From Felis catus (Eukaryota): a stretch of DNA of 64,000 bases. The notes below the pieces were generated by a model that had not been told where the DNA came from, ran no database searches, and saw nothing but the letters and a program-made list of their open reading frames with translations. The stretch covers positions 222,830,001 through 222,894,000 of the forward strand of contig NC_058368.1 in assembly GCF_018350175.1 (NCBI RefSeq), in the 5' to 3' direction. The number at the start of each line of letters is the position of its first letter. Positions within the stretch are counted from its first letter, which is position 1. A program made the position numbers and the translations under genes. Below, in pieces: positions 36,881 through 48,620 of this stretch.

Positions 36881-37275
36881 TGTATTAGCTGGATCGTATA
36901 AGGTGCAGGCATCAGGGAGGAATTACACGAGGAGGACATTTATTCAGGAAAAGGGGAGAGGAATTGGAGATGTCTGGGAGAGCCTTTGGATCATGATGGA
37001 AGTTTGATCCTTTAAAGAAGAGAGGAAAGGAAGGAAGTGCCACATGGTATTAAGAAAATTCTAGCGAGGCTATGAGGCAATCCTTGAACCATTGTTGCCA
37101 CTTACAGGATTTTTTCCCAGGAATGGCCCATCTTGGTGCACCTGTCATGCTCAGTCATTGCCTCGGTGCTGTGGGAAGTTTAACTTCTATGCGAATGGAA
37201 TCTGCATCTCCTAGTAACTGAGGCCGCTGGTCAGTTATGTCAGCAGTGGGATAGGTGTGTTTTCATGGGAACCAA
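36881..37275 (-). mobile_element. ERVL solo LTR (LTR16B-like)
   Basis: CTGGGAGAGCC..GAAGAGAGGAAAGGAAGGAAG..CCCAGGAATGGCCC..CATGCTCAGTCATTG..GTGGGAAG..TTTCATGG matches the recalled LTR16B. Confidence 0.72.
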
Positions 37276-38464
37276 ATCATCTTACTTCCTATGTTTGTCC
37301 TTGCAACAAGGATGCCACCAGGAATCTCTTCTGTACAGCATTTCTGATTCTTTACCAAAGGGTATATTAAAAAGCTCAGGAGTCAAGTGAGAGAATGAAA
37401 ATTCGATCTTATGTGATTAAAGTGCATCCACAGGGTGAATAGTATAATATATAGTTTGGATAAATTTGACATAGATGTGTACAAAAAAATCCTCAACTAA
37501 GGAGGATCCCCTCAATTTAAATCAGTTAATGTGAAATTTAAAAGTGAAAGCTCCTTGTATAATTGGATAGCAAAGTAATACTAACCACTCGCGTGTTTTG
37601 TTTTAAAATGCTTTTTTTTAATGTATTACAATTTTTGCTCTTTATTGAGGATTTAAACTATCTCAAAACACTTCTGGAAATTGTATGTCCAAAGTAGATG
37701 AACTGTTTTAAGTTCTGATAAAAATTATGTAGTTACACTTAAAAACAAAAAATAAGAACTAAGCTTTAGAGCTGACGGAAGCAGAAACTAAAAGCGCTTC
37801 TGCAAAAAAAAAAAAAAAATGAATTAAAAAAATCAAATTGGCAAAGAAATCCTAAAGAACTGGGAGTTCTAATCATGATGGACAGGGGACTCTTTAAGCT
37901 CAGAGTATAGGGAAGCCTGTCTCTTCAGCTCCCATTCTTCACCCTGTGGGAGAACATATGAAAGGATGCAGGAACTCTTGGGGCTCAGCTGATCCTGAGT
38001 GCCAGAAAAGACAAATTATAGCTTTGAAGAGTTGGGAAATAGTCACAGAAATGAATCACCCTTGCTAAGGTGGTAATGGCTGATTGCTGCGGGATAAGCA
38101 ATTCCAGAGAGACTTTGTTGCCAAGAGCCTGAAGGTTGAGGACAAAGCTTCAGGAAGAATGTCTAACTGACAGCCTGGATTTCAGGTGAATCAAAAGAGA
38201 ACATTCTAATAAAAGATTCTGTGTAGACTAGGGTGGTAAGGTAAATAGGACTGAAAATTAATGTGCTGTATATGTATTGTTATTTCCTTAATAAGCTTGT
38301 TCTAGGGGGAACTATAATCTCATATTAATTTTGACTTCACTTAATTCATTAATATATTTTAATTAAAACAAAAGAAATGGCGAATAACACCCTATCAATA
38401 ACTTAAAATATGATAGGGTCACATATCTGTCTTCCAAAAAGCAATCTCTAAGAAACTGACACAT

Positions 38465-38690
38465 GGGGGCACCTGGGTGGCTCAGTCGGTTGGTTAAGCG
38501 TCCGACTTCAGCTCAGGTCATGATCTCTTGGTCTGTGAGTTTGAGCCCCGCGTCGGGCTCTGTGCCAACAGATCAGAGTCTGGAGCCTGCTTCAGATCCT
38601 ATGTCTCCCTCTCTCTCTGCCCCACCCCTCATGCTCTATCTCTCTTCGTCTTTCAAAATTGAATAAATGCTAAAAACAAAAAGAAAAAAA
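38465..38690 (+). mobile_element. Can-SINE
   Basis: Full body; TSD AAGAAACTGACACAT on both sides. Confidence 0.96.
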
Positions 38691-40304
38691 AAAGAAACTG
38701 ACACATATTTGCAAACTGGGATCTTGAACACATATATCTGGGTACTTAGAAGGGAGTTTCCAAAAGAAAAAGAGGAAAACGAAATAAAAATTTTTGAATA
38801 GAGAAGCAATGCAGAGACTCTTAGTAATTCATGTAGATGAATGTATTCTCCTGGAAACATACAAGGCCAGGATAAATCACATTATTGGGTATGTGTATGT
38901 AACCTTCTTCCAGTGATTGGAGGTTGGGTGTGGAAAGTATCAAAGGGTAAAATAATCTCATTACAGTTTGTGGTATATTTACAGAAGAAAGGAACCTATG
39001 AATGCTTACATAAATAGATTCCTTCCCATTAGTGTTCATAACAGGGGTGATTTTCTTAGTGTCATCCAACTTGCCAATTCCAGCTTGTTATAGGAAGATG
39101 TATTACAAGAAAAAGGTCTGAACAATACAAAAGTATAAATTGCATCAGTAGCATCAACATAAAGAACGTTAGTTTCCCATTTGTATTTAGAAAAATTATA
39201 AAACGAAGTCAAGATAAGTATGTGCATCTACCCACTTGAATGAGTAATTACTGCAGATTTTTATTGTGTATTTTTGGTAACTGAGTGTGCCGGGTTGCTA
39301 TAGAAAGCATGGCTATTGAAGTAACACTGATGTGGAGTGCAGTCCTCTATCTACCATTTATTCTTAATCTGGTTCTTTTCACAATTCTCTGTTTTTTTCT
39401 ATCTAAGCTTCTACTTGGCCATCTATGCGATGGGGATAATGAGACCATTACTGTAAAACTTGGGGGAAAACTCTGGCCAATTTTTGAAAATATGGGCAGC
39501 CATGTGATAAGTACCGGATATTTTTTTTTCCCTCTAAATGGCTGAATAAGATTACATGCTACTCTGTAAGCTGATTTTAGAGTTAGTCTACTTAACTTAA
39601 GCTGCTGACCTTCAGCTTTATGAAAGCAGTGAAGAATTCTGGTTTCGTCTTCTATCACTGCCAGTTTAGCGTCTGTAGGGAAGTTTGCTTCAGTGGACTT
39701 GCTGGATCCCACCCTTTGCAGTGCTATATAAAAATAGAAATTTCATAACAAAACAACCCCCCCCCAAATAAAGATCTTATCTCACGGATAGCCATCTGCT
39801 AGCAGCAAAACAAGAGGGCAGGCCACAGTTACTGAGTCCTACATTTTCACAATGGGCTTTGAGATCATGACCCTAATATGTTCACATTATTAGGTCTTAT
39901 CTTTCATTTGCCAAAATAGTGTTTTTATGTATCAGCTGGTCAAAAAATAATAGGTTGAGCTATTTCCTAGGGATATCACCCAGACAGCATAGATCTCATC
40001 AAGTTTGCAATATTGAAAACAAAAAGGATGTGAAGAAATAATCAGGTGTGCTTAAAAAGCCAAAGCTTCAGGCTCACATAGGTGGTTTGCGCCTTCCATA
40101 TCTTCCGGACTTCGAGCAGCAATCAGGTTTCCCAAAAGCCAGATGTTATGTTAGTTATACAGACAGCTAGAAGAAGAGGACAGAAAAATTTGTTCGAAGA
40201 GTCTTTGTAACATCACTTTAACCCTTAAGTAAACAATAGGCTGATGTTGATGTTCCTAATACTGAAAATAAAGTATTTGCTAGGAAAGCATTTTTGTAAA
40301 GCTT

Positions 40305-40459
40305 GTGTTAATCTATTCAGTGGGCTGTTTACTGGATACGGCCTACGTGATAGCCACAGATCTAAGTACCTGACACATCCATGACTATAACAGACAACAT
40401 CTCTGCCCTCATGGAATTCACATTCCAGAGGAGGGACACAGAAAATAGCACAAATGCAA

Positions 40460-40506
<47 letters not shown>

Positions 40507-40640
40507 AAGAATTCATACAATGTGAATATCAGAAAATAAGTATCAGAAATTAAAGAGGTAGTCAAGTCAAAGTAAAATTTGTGTTGGGAGTTGCAGTCTT
40601 TAAATGCAATGATGAGAGCAAGTCTCATTAAGAAGCTGTC
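40305..40640 (-). mobile_element. L2 3' fragment containing (CA)n at 40461-40504
   Basis: CTCTGCCCTCATGGAATTCACATTCCAG, TTGCAGTCTTTAAAT..AAGTCTCATTAAGAAG; resumes after two SINEs (GAGCAAAGA). Confidence 0.7.
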
Positions 40641-40645
40641 ATTGG

Positions 40646-40873
40646 GGGGCGCCTGGGTGGCGCAGTCGGTTAAGCGGCCGACTTCAGCCAGGTCACGATC
40701 TCGCGGTCCGTGAGTTCGAGCCCCGCGTCGGGCTCTGGGCTGATGGCTCGGAGCCTGGAGCCTGTTTCCGATGCTGTGTCTCCCTCTCTCTCTGCCCCTC
40801 TCCCGTTCATGCTCTGTCTCTCTCTGTCCCAAAAATAAATAAATGTTGAAAAAAAAATTAAAAAAAAAAAAAA
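40646..40873 (+). mobile_element. Young felid SINE (SINEC_Fc type)
   Basis: CpG-intact; perfect 16-bp TSD AAGAAGCTGTCATTGG at 40630-40645 and 40874-40889. Confidence 0.97.
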
Positions 40874-40890
40874 AAGAAGCTGTCATTGGA

Positions 40891-41096
40891 GGGGCGCGTG
40901 AGTGGCTCAGTCGGTTAAGCGTCCAACTCCAGCTTGGGTCACGGTCTCTCAGTTCATGAGTTTGATCCCTGTGTTGGGCTTTGTGCTGACGGCTCAGAGC
41001 CTAGAGCCTGCTTCAGATTCTGTGTCGCCCTCTCTCTCTGATTCTTCCCTGCTTGCTCTCATCTCTCAAAAATGAATAAACGTTAAAAAATTAAAA
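40891..41096 (+). mobile_element. Can-SINE (older)
   Basis: GGGGCGCGTGAGTGGCTCAGTCGG head; degenerate TSD AAGAAG.T....TTGGA. Confidence 0.94.
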
Positions 41097-41997
41097 AAGA
41101 AGATCCTTTTGGAGCAAAGATGGAATGATCTTGACAGAAATGATCTTAAAAACTCTCCTTTTTTTTTTTACTTTCCCTAAATGAAAAAAATTTAGAAGTC
41201 CATTGAGATAGTCTTATTCTTTTTTACTGTTCTTTTATCCTCTTTCATTACAAGATGCTAAAATTTTGCAAATTTTAGGTTCAGAGTGTACTTCTGAGCC
41301 TAATAATATCCTGAATGGTTCAGGCAGATAGTTTAGTTTTAAAAACTGTTCATTCTCCCTCTTCTTTTTCTTTTTTTTTCCTTTTATCAAAATTTTAAAC
41401 TATATCCTTACATATTATTCTTCTGTCAGAGTTTTGAAATATCTGTCTCCAGAGGGCCCATGAATAATCATAGAGATTCTTAAAGTAATCTTTTTATATA
41501 GGTAAACCCATGGAACTCATGAAATTTGGTAATGCCAACTCTTCAATGCACAAAGAATACCCATGACATGAAAGCCTGCATAAGATACTTAATTCATGAT
41601 TGGTTCTATATATATATATTGGAAAGCTGGGGATGATATTTTAACAAAATATAAGTACCTGTACAAAGTGATATTAGAGGTAATGATTTTTTTTTGGACT
41701 TGATGGCCAGAAAATAAAATACATTTTACATAGGAAAATTGAATTTTTGTCTATTTTTACAATTTACTGTCAACAATAGTTTTGGGAATAAAAATCTCTG
41801 GGACTTTGATTTCTCTGGATTAAATTAAATGAAACCTATCAGAAAATGCATGTACTGAAAATCACTGATTTGGCTTGGTTTGATTTTTGTTGTTGTTTTG
41901 CATCGCATACGCCAGAGTGAAATGTCAGGTTCTGCCTTGAACCAAGAGGGACTATTACTAGTGGATGGAACTTTCAACTGAAAAAGAAATTGTCTTT

Positions 41998-42218
41998 AGG
42001 GTGCCTGGGTGGCTCAGTGGGTTAGGTGTTCGACTTTGGCTCAGGTCATGATCTCACTGTTCGTGCGTTCAAGCCCTGCATCGTACTCTGTGCTCACAGC
42101 TCAGAGCCTGGATCCTGCTTCGAATGCTGTGTCTCCCTCTCTCTCTATCCCTTCCCTACTTGTCCTCTGTCTTCTCACTCTCAAATATAAATGATAAACA
42201 TTTGGAAAAAGAAAAAAA
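41998..42218 (+). mobile_element. Can-SINE
   Basis: Full body; TSD GAAAAAGAAATTGT. Confidence 0.94.
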
Positions 42219-42749
42219 AGAAAAAGAAATTGTTTTCTAATAGAGGGACTCCGCATCAGAAGGCATCACTAGTCAAAGAGACCCTTAGTGGGTCCTTGTC
42301 TTGCCCTTTGAAAGTCACTTATCTAAATATAAAAACTTTACATAGGAGCTCAATTTTTCTTTGAAGCCAGACTATTTCTTTTCCCCAGCTACGTAATCTG
42401 TATTGGAAGGATATGTCAAACTTGCTTGTTTGACCTTGGCCAACTGTGGCACTGCCTTTAAAACCATGAAAACTCTTGTGCCTGATGCTATATCTAAAAA
42501 TGTGAGAATGTATTTTTACACACCACGATTTGAAGGTTTATTATATTGGCTCTAGCTCATTTCTCCTTAAAGGATCAGAAATTGAGTTGAAAATATGCCC
42601 TACTATTTGTTCTATGCTAATAGTTATCCAAAATGATTTCTTCCTAGCTTTGAGAAAATGTATTCTGACATATCTTTTGAAAATTGGACATCTGCAATGG
42701 AGTGTTACGTATGAAAGAATAACATCCATTAAATTTATAGATGAGCAGT

Positions 42750-42954
42750 GGGGCGCCTGGGTGGCGCAGTCGGTTGAGCGTCCGACTTCAGCCAGGTCAC
42801 GATCTCGCGGTCCGGGAGTTCGAGCCCCGCGTCGGGCTCTGGGCTGATGGCTCAGAGCCTGGAGCCTGTTTCCGATTCTGTGTCTCCCTCTCTCTCTCTG
42901 ACCCTCCCCCGTTCATGCTCTGTCTCTCTGTGTCTCAGAAATAAATAAACGTTA

Positions 42955-42997
<43 letters not shown>
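42750..42997 (+). mobile_element. Very young felid SINE with a long pure poly(A)
   Basis: A37 at 42964-43000; perfect 18-bp TSD AAATTTATAGATGAGCAG at 42731-42748 and 42998-43015. Confidence 0.98.
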
Positions 42998-43003
<6 letters not shown>

Positions 43004-43600
43004 ATAGATGAGCAGCAAAAACATTGTATCTTGTAATCTTTGTGTATTCTCGATGCTTGATATACTGATATTACATCCTTTTCATGTCTTTACTTATTAT
43101 GAATACATAGCCCAAAAACTTCTCTTCAGTAATCTGCTGTTTTATCTTTTATCTGTGCATTTGAACTCCAATGCCTGCTGGATCAAACACTTTCTTTCAT
43201 CAATAAGATGAAAAGATTTTCCATGTATTATTCTCAATTAAAAATAATAAACCAGTATATTTTGAAGATTAAAGCAAAAATGGCAGAGATCCCAGTGTTT
43301 TCAATGACTTTTGCATATTTATCAGGTATGTATATTACACATGAGCTTGAATCCATTACACTAAAATTTCTCAAGACCGTTTGTCTTGACAAAGGCAGAA
43401 TAGCACGTAAAACACACCTTATCCCCGAAGTAGTGCTGATTGGTGTAGATGTCTAAAAGTGTGTTGACGGTATGAGAGTGAAAGAAATTCAAAATGACCT
43501 TTAGAAGTTATTTTTGGTTTTTATGACACTAGGAAACCATTACTTCTATTCCATTATTTGTGGCACAAGGTATGAACTCATAGTCTGTGAAAATATTAAC

Positions 43601-43658
43601 TTCTGAGTACTCTTTATTTGTACATTCTGACTACTCTTCATTTGTACATTCTGAGTAC
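43601..43658. repeat. 24-bp tandem repeat, about 2.4 copies
   Basis: TTCTGAGTACTCTTTATTTGTACA / TTCTGACTACTCTTCATTTGTACA / TTCTGAGTAC. Confidence 0.85.
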
Positions 43659-43739
43659 AATCTTCTGATCATTTTGAAAGAGAACTTCTGTTGCCTTCAT
43701 CTTGACCTCAAAATTTCTCGTTGGGTTCTTCTTTTCATC

Positions 43740-44128
43740 TTGTCTCTTGGCTGAGTAGGAGGACACTGATGGCAAAGCATCCTCTCGTCCCCCTCAAAGC
43801 AATAAGGACTCTTCTCAGCCAGAAAGACCTCCTCCCACATGATGGACTCTAAGACATCGATTTGACCTTCACTGCCCACCTGTATGCACCTAGCCACCTT
43901 TGCCCCCCACACACTATCCTTATATAAACCTGGATTTATTTTCAACACTTGAGAAGCAATCTTTCAGATGCTAGTCTGCTATCTTCTGGTGTTGGCCTCA
44001 CTGAAATAAATTACTTTCTTATTTCACTAGCATTCATTTCTCTGCCTTTGGATTTTGTCAGGTTTGAGTGACTGAACCTGGTCAATCTGGGGCCCCGGGT
44101 GCTCTTGTGTCTCTGCATGCCGGCTACA
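43740..44128 (+). mobile_element. ERV1-type solo LTR (carnivore LTR), 5' boundary uncertain
   Basis: TATATAAA at 43921, CTTTCAGATGCTAGTCTGCTATCTTC, AATAAA at 44005, U5-like GGATTTTGTCAGG..GAACCTG, ends CTACA. Confidence 0.6.
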
Positions 44129-44181
44129 ATTACATGATAGCTAATTTCAGTGAATATTATTTATTTTAAAATATTAATACC

Positions 44182-44536
44182 GGGGTTCCTGGGTGGCTCA
44201 GTCGGTTAAGCACTCGACTTTGGCTCAGATCATGATCTCACGGCTCATGGGTTCAAGCCCCGTGTCTCTTTGGTTAAGGTTTGCATGGGGTGGCTCAACT
44301 CTTGTCACTTGATGTCAGACTGTGCTAAAGATAAGCTGAGTAAACTTCTTAAGTACTAGAGAAGGTTTTAGGGCAAATGGACTGAGAAAAAATTGGAATA
44401 GCATTGGAATAGGAAACTATCAGCGTGCACGTGACCTGGTCATTGCAACTGTAGGTTACTGTGCTGACAGCTCATAGCCTGAAGCCTGATTCAGATTCTG
44501 TGTCTCCCCTCCCTGCTGTGCCCCTTCCCTGCTCAT

Positions 44537-44594
<58 letters not shown>

Positions 44595-44627
44595 CATCTC
44601 TGAAAACTAAACATTAATTTTTTTTAA
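44182..44627 (+). mobile_element. Can-SINE interrupted by about 190 bp of foreign sequence
   Basis: 5' part 44182-44266, 3' part ~44459-44627; TSD TTTAAAAT(A/G)TTAATAC at 44165-44180 and 44628-44643. Confidence 0.93.
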
Positions 44628-44790
44628 TTTAAAATGTTAATACAAATCTCCAAGACAGAATCTAACATTAGTGGAGCTCAAATATCTTCTGAGAAATAAC
44701 TAATTTAAGGGAAAATAAATATAGTGTGTATACCTTGTAGCAGAAAAAGTAAAAGCTTCAGGATATGTGTAAGAAGTGTGTTTTTGTGTT

Positions 44791-44832
44791 TGTGTGTGTG
44801 TGTGTGTGTGTATGTGTGTGTGTGTGTGTGTG
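44791..44832. repeat. (TG)n microsatellite
   Basis: Direct reading. Confidence 0.96.
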
Positions 44833-44940
44833 TTTTGGATCAAGGGCCAGGAAGAACGATTTTCATTCTCCCTTCCAGAGAAAAGATGACCTGAAAAAGT
44901 AAGTCAGATTTAATTTTTTCCTAAAAATGTGTTTAAGTCT

Positions 44941-45631
44941 TGTTAAAAACAGAAAACCAGAGACCAAAAATGGCATCACTTAGGCCAAGTTCCCCAAATC
45001 GGGGTTTGTTTGTTTGTTTATTTATTTGCTTCAGTATGTATGTATGTACTTATTTATGTTTATTTATTTATTTTGAGAGACAGAGAATGGGGTAGGAGCA
45101 GAGAGAGAGGGAGAGAGAGAATCCTAAGCAGGTTTGCACTGTCAGTGTGCAGCCCGACATGGGGCTCAATCCCATGAACTCTGAGATCATGACCTGAGCC
45201 AAACTCAGGAGTTGGGTTCTCAATAGACCAAGCCACCCAGGAAACCCACAAACCTGGAGCTTAATACCTAATCCACTTGTATTTTCAGCTCCTCAGTTTG
45301 GAATTTTCTAATCAGCACCAGTGAGATCATCTGTCACATGGGCCCTCTCCATCCCCCAAAAGAAAATGAGGTAATCTTCACAATAAGACTATGCGCTCTT
45401 ACCCCTAAAAGAAGGGGATCTTGCCTTAACAATTTTTTTCCTTTGGTTACTAGCTTTCTTGACTCACCCTCCTTCCTATAAAAATCTTCCATTTTCCAGC
45501 TCTTTCCAAATCTTTCCAACTTCTCAGATCCTCCCTCTACATGCTGGATGGAATACTGCCCAATTCATGAATTGATTAATAAAGCCAATTAGATCTTTAA
45601 AGATTGCTCAATTAAATCTTGTTTTTTAACA
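44941..45631 (+). mobile_element. ERV1 solo LTR (MER34-like), interrupted by a SINE
   Basis: Inverted termini TGTTAAAAA...TTTTTAACA, 4-bp TSD GTCT (44937-44940 and 45632-45635), CCTATAAAA TATA box, ATTCATGAATTGATTAATAAAGCCAATTAGATCTTTAA poly(A) region. Confidence 0.85.
45008..45248 (-). mobile_element. Can-SINE nested in the LTR
   Basis: TTTATTTATTTTGAGAGA..GAGATCATGACCTGAGCC..AGCCACCCAGGAAACCC. Confidence 0.92.
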
Positions 45632-46589
45632 GTCTGGAGGCTAACAGTGTCTCATCTTTTCCACCCATGTTGCATTTTCTTATCCTCCATTGTGAATTCT
45701 TACTTTTTCAAAGCTGTTTTCTCAGTATGATACAAATGCCCTCAGTTCTATCACTATACTCCAGTCACCTGTTTAATGTTCTGCTCTTGGACTCATTTGA
45801 CATCAGGGTTTTTCCCCTCATTGTAACAGCAATAAATGGTCTCCCCCAGGCATGTGCCAAGCAGTCTCACTCTTAATAATCAGCATAAACTGATGAGGAA
45901 AAGGAAAATGCCTTGCTTTATTGCTCATAGACACTAAGACCTCACTCGTCTTTCATTAATTAGTTTGATGATTTCATTCTGATGTCTTCTTGCGACCTAT
46001 GTTCTGCATCAGTATTTTTTCTTACGTTGTAATTGTGTCCAAGGCAAAGGCTGCCTACATGTTTGTCTTTGAACATCACAATTAAGCAATTAATGGATGT
46101 CTGTTGTTGTTAATGAGTTCCTCCATACTATGTGATCTTATTTCATATCCAAACATGTGTGAGAGGGAGGTTAGATGAAGGTAAGATCATATAGTTTGAT
46201 CGTAGTCACACATTTATTAGAGGATCTACACTAAATGGGGGAAGGGGTCCTTTTTCTGTCATTTACCAGCAGTGGGTTTTTGTTCAAGGAAACAGATGAT
46301 AATACACAAGTTTATACATTGTGCTCAACATTACTTTGAAATCATGTCTAATTTTTCTTCTCTAAAAACCTTCCCTGTCTAATACAGGTCTTATAAACAG
46401 TGTACCTCACCTATCTCCTGTCTAAGATGGGAGTTTGTTAAAAGTAAATGTAATCACTTTTTAAAACATTATTTCATAGTGTAAAGTAATATATGAATGA
46501 AAATCACTGCTAATATATTTTTCTGCAAATCTTCCTTAATGTTTTCCCTACATATTTTAGTTGCTTGGTTATGCACTCTAACTCTCGTA

Positions 46590-47900
46590 AGTTTGCTGAG
46601 CAAATATTTACTGATATTTTACAATGTTCTAGACTCTCCTACGTGCTGGGAATATAGTAATGAAAACACATACAAAAAATCCTATTTCTTTTAGTAGTAA
46701 GACTCAGAAGAATAATTGAAGAAATAAGTTGAAGCATGCATATATCAAATGATGATAAGAGAAAGAAAAAGAAAGTGGTTCTGAGGCTTCGGGAGTGATG
46801 AGGCAGCAAATTTCAATTTTTATTAAGAAGGTCAAAGAAGTTCTCACTGGGAAAATGGCCTCAAAGTAAATGTCTGAAATAAGTGTGATAACGATAATGA
46901 TTTGAGATAAATTATACCTGGAAAATGAAATAGCGAATGCAAATATCCTGGGGCAATATGGTACTTGGCATATTTGAAGAACAATAAGAAGGCCACTGAG
47001 GCTAAAGGGAAGAGTAGTGGGGCACCAGAGGTGTAATAAGAGGGTATAACGTAGGGGCTTTGTGGTATTTGGGCTGTGACTCTCTCTGCTATATGATGGG
47101 AAGCCCTGGAAGGTTTGAACAAGGTTCACTCTGCCAGTTGTAAGATAAGTAAACCAAAGAAGAACAGATGAATCCAGAAAATCAGATAAGAAGCTATCAC
47201 CCATTGGCGAGGTGAAAAGAGGTTGTCAATGGGGAGTCCCATTCCTGGGCCTCAGCTCTCAAGTTTGGTCAAGAAAGAATTCAGAGTTAAACTCTCAGGA
47301 AAGCAAGGGTTCAACAGCAGTTTACGCTGAAATACACTCTGGAGATGGGAGAGTGAGCAGGCCCAGAGGTGGCAGCTCCATCGGGGGTCAGGGTTGTCTT
47401 TTTTTTTATGTTTGGATAGGTTTTGGGTCATAGTTAGGGCATTATCTTTGTAAGTTGCAGTCAGTCACCTAAGGGACTCCTCCTACTGATTAGGAGGGAA
47501 ATTTTTGGCCCTATCTGTTCCTTGTCAGAACTGTTATGGCGGCCATTCTCTGCATTGGGGGAGAGGGTAAAAATCCAAATGTAAATGTATTATCATGAAG
47601 CTATAGGTTCATAGGTAAGGGAATGGTCATAGGAAAGCATGCATGTGTATCCTCTGGAGTCTGTCTCAGCTGTTTGGAGCTTGGCTTCTGCCCTTAATCT
47701 TTCAAGCACTTGTTCCCTGCTAATATCTAGCTAACTGCCTACTCTATCAGGATGATGACATTAATCACATGGCAGTTGAGAGAACAGAAAATTCTCAATG
47801 TGTTCTTAAGATAGAGGTCACGATATGTACTGGTAGATTTAGTGTTGGTGAAAGGAGCTTGAAATATCTAGAAGTCTCCACGTCTGGAAAGATGGAAGTC
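46590..47900 (-). mobile_element. L2a 3' region, interrupted by an LTR at 47224-47749
   Basis: CAAATATTTACTGA..GTGCTGGGAATATAGTAATGAA..TGCAAATATCCTGGGGCA..TTTGAAGAACAATAAGAAGGCCA..GATGGGAAGCC; resumes at GGATGATG..AAGATAGAG. Confidence 0.85.
47224..47749 (-). mobile_element. ERV1-type solo LTR (MER31/MER67-like ends)
   Basis: TG...CA block cleanly splitting the L2; right end TAGCTAACTGCCTACTCTATCA; GAGATGGGAGAGTGAGCAGGCCCAG motif. Confidence 0.75.
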
Positions 47901-48049
47901 TAGATTTGTCTTTTATTGTGATGTAGGAGGAGCCGTTTGTGTGCATGATGATGGTGATATGTGTGTGTGTGTTGGGGTTGGGGATTGACAGTGTTCCTTC
48001 CAAGGATGAGTTTATTTTAATTATTAAATCAAATTCGATATTTTGACCA

Positions 48050-48620
48050 CCACCTTCCTTCACCCCAAGAACACTTCTTTGTCAGGTTTTCTTGTGATTC
48101 TACATGTATCATCTCTCTGGAATACACGTCTTCTTTCTAGTTTCATTGACTGACATTACTCTTGAATCCTTGCCTGAGTGATTAAAACAGTCTCTGAATC
48201 ATCTTCTGCTGCTCACCATTACTCTATCCAAAACCTCTTAAGCACTAGAGTTGGAATAATACTTTTGAAATGCAGTAGTTATTACATCACTATCCGTACC
48301 CAAAATGTTCAAACACTCCCCTCCCCCCTCTCCCCCATTTCCCATCCTAGTATTTAAAATATTCCAAAATCTGACCCCAAACTTTCCTGTTTGAAATTCT
48401 TTTGACCTCATTGCTCATAACAAATGACAATTCTATAAATTAAATTGTTTATTATGATAATAATGGCTATCTTCCTCCATACCCTTCAACCCACATTCAT
48501 TTCACCAAATCCTTTTTTGTCAAGATAACTCTAATCCGCTCTCATTAAAGATATTCTCAACACCCACCACCAATGGGGAAGAATTGATCTGTACTCAAAC
48601 TCTAATTTTTAAGTTTCTTT
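48050..48620 (+). mobile_element. Degraded L2 fragments
   Basis: ACTTTTGAAATGCAG..ACATCACT..AAAATGTTCAAACACTCCC..TAGTATTTAAAATATTCCAAAATCTGACCCCAA. Confidence 0.5.

Noticed and set aside
39294..39307. RFX X-box-like GTTGCTATAGAAAG
   Set aside because: Only one half-site fits the consensus; expected by chance.
40041..40170. Protein-like frame SGVLKKPKLQAHIGGLRLPYLPDFEQQ with several CpGs
   Set aside because: No polypyrimidine acceptor, no start codon and no recognised homologue.
43601..43658. Spaced direct repeats, considered as CRISPR-like
   Set aside because: A simple 24-bp tandem duplication with no unique spacers, in eukaryotic DNA.
44267..44458. NUMT or viral origin for the insert in the SINE
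   Set aside because: The frames I translated show stops and no recognisable mitochondrial or viral peptide. The origin is left open pending BLAST.
46704..47204. 166-aa minus-strand ORF
   Set aside because: Lies within a decayed L2 3' region; no recognisable domain.
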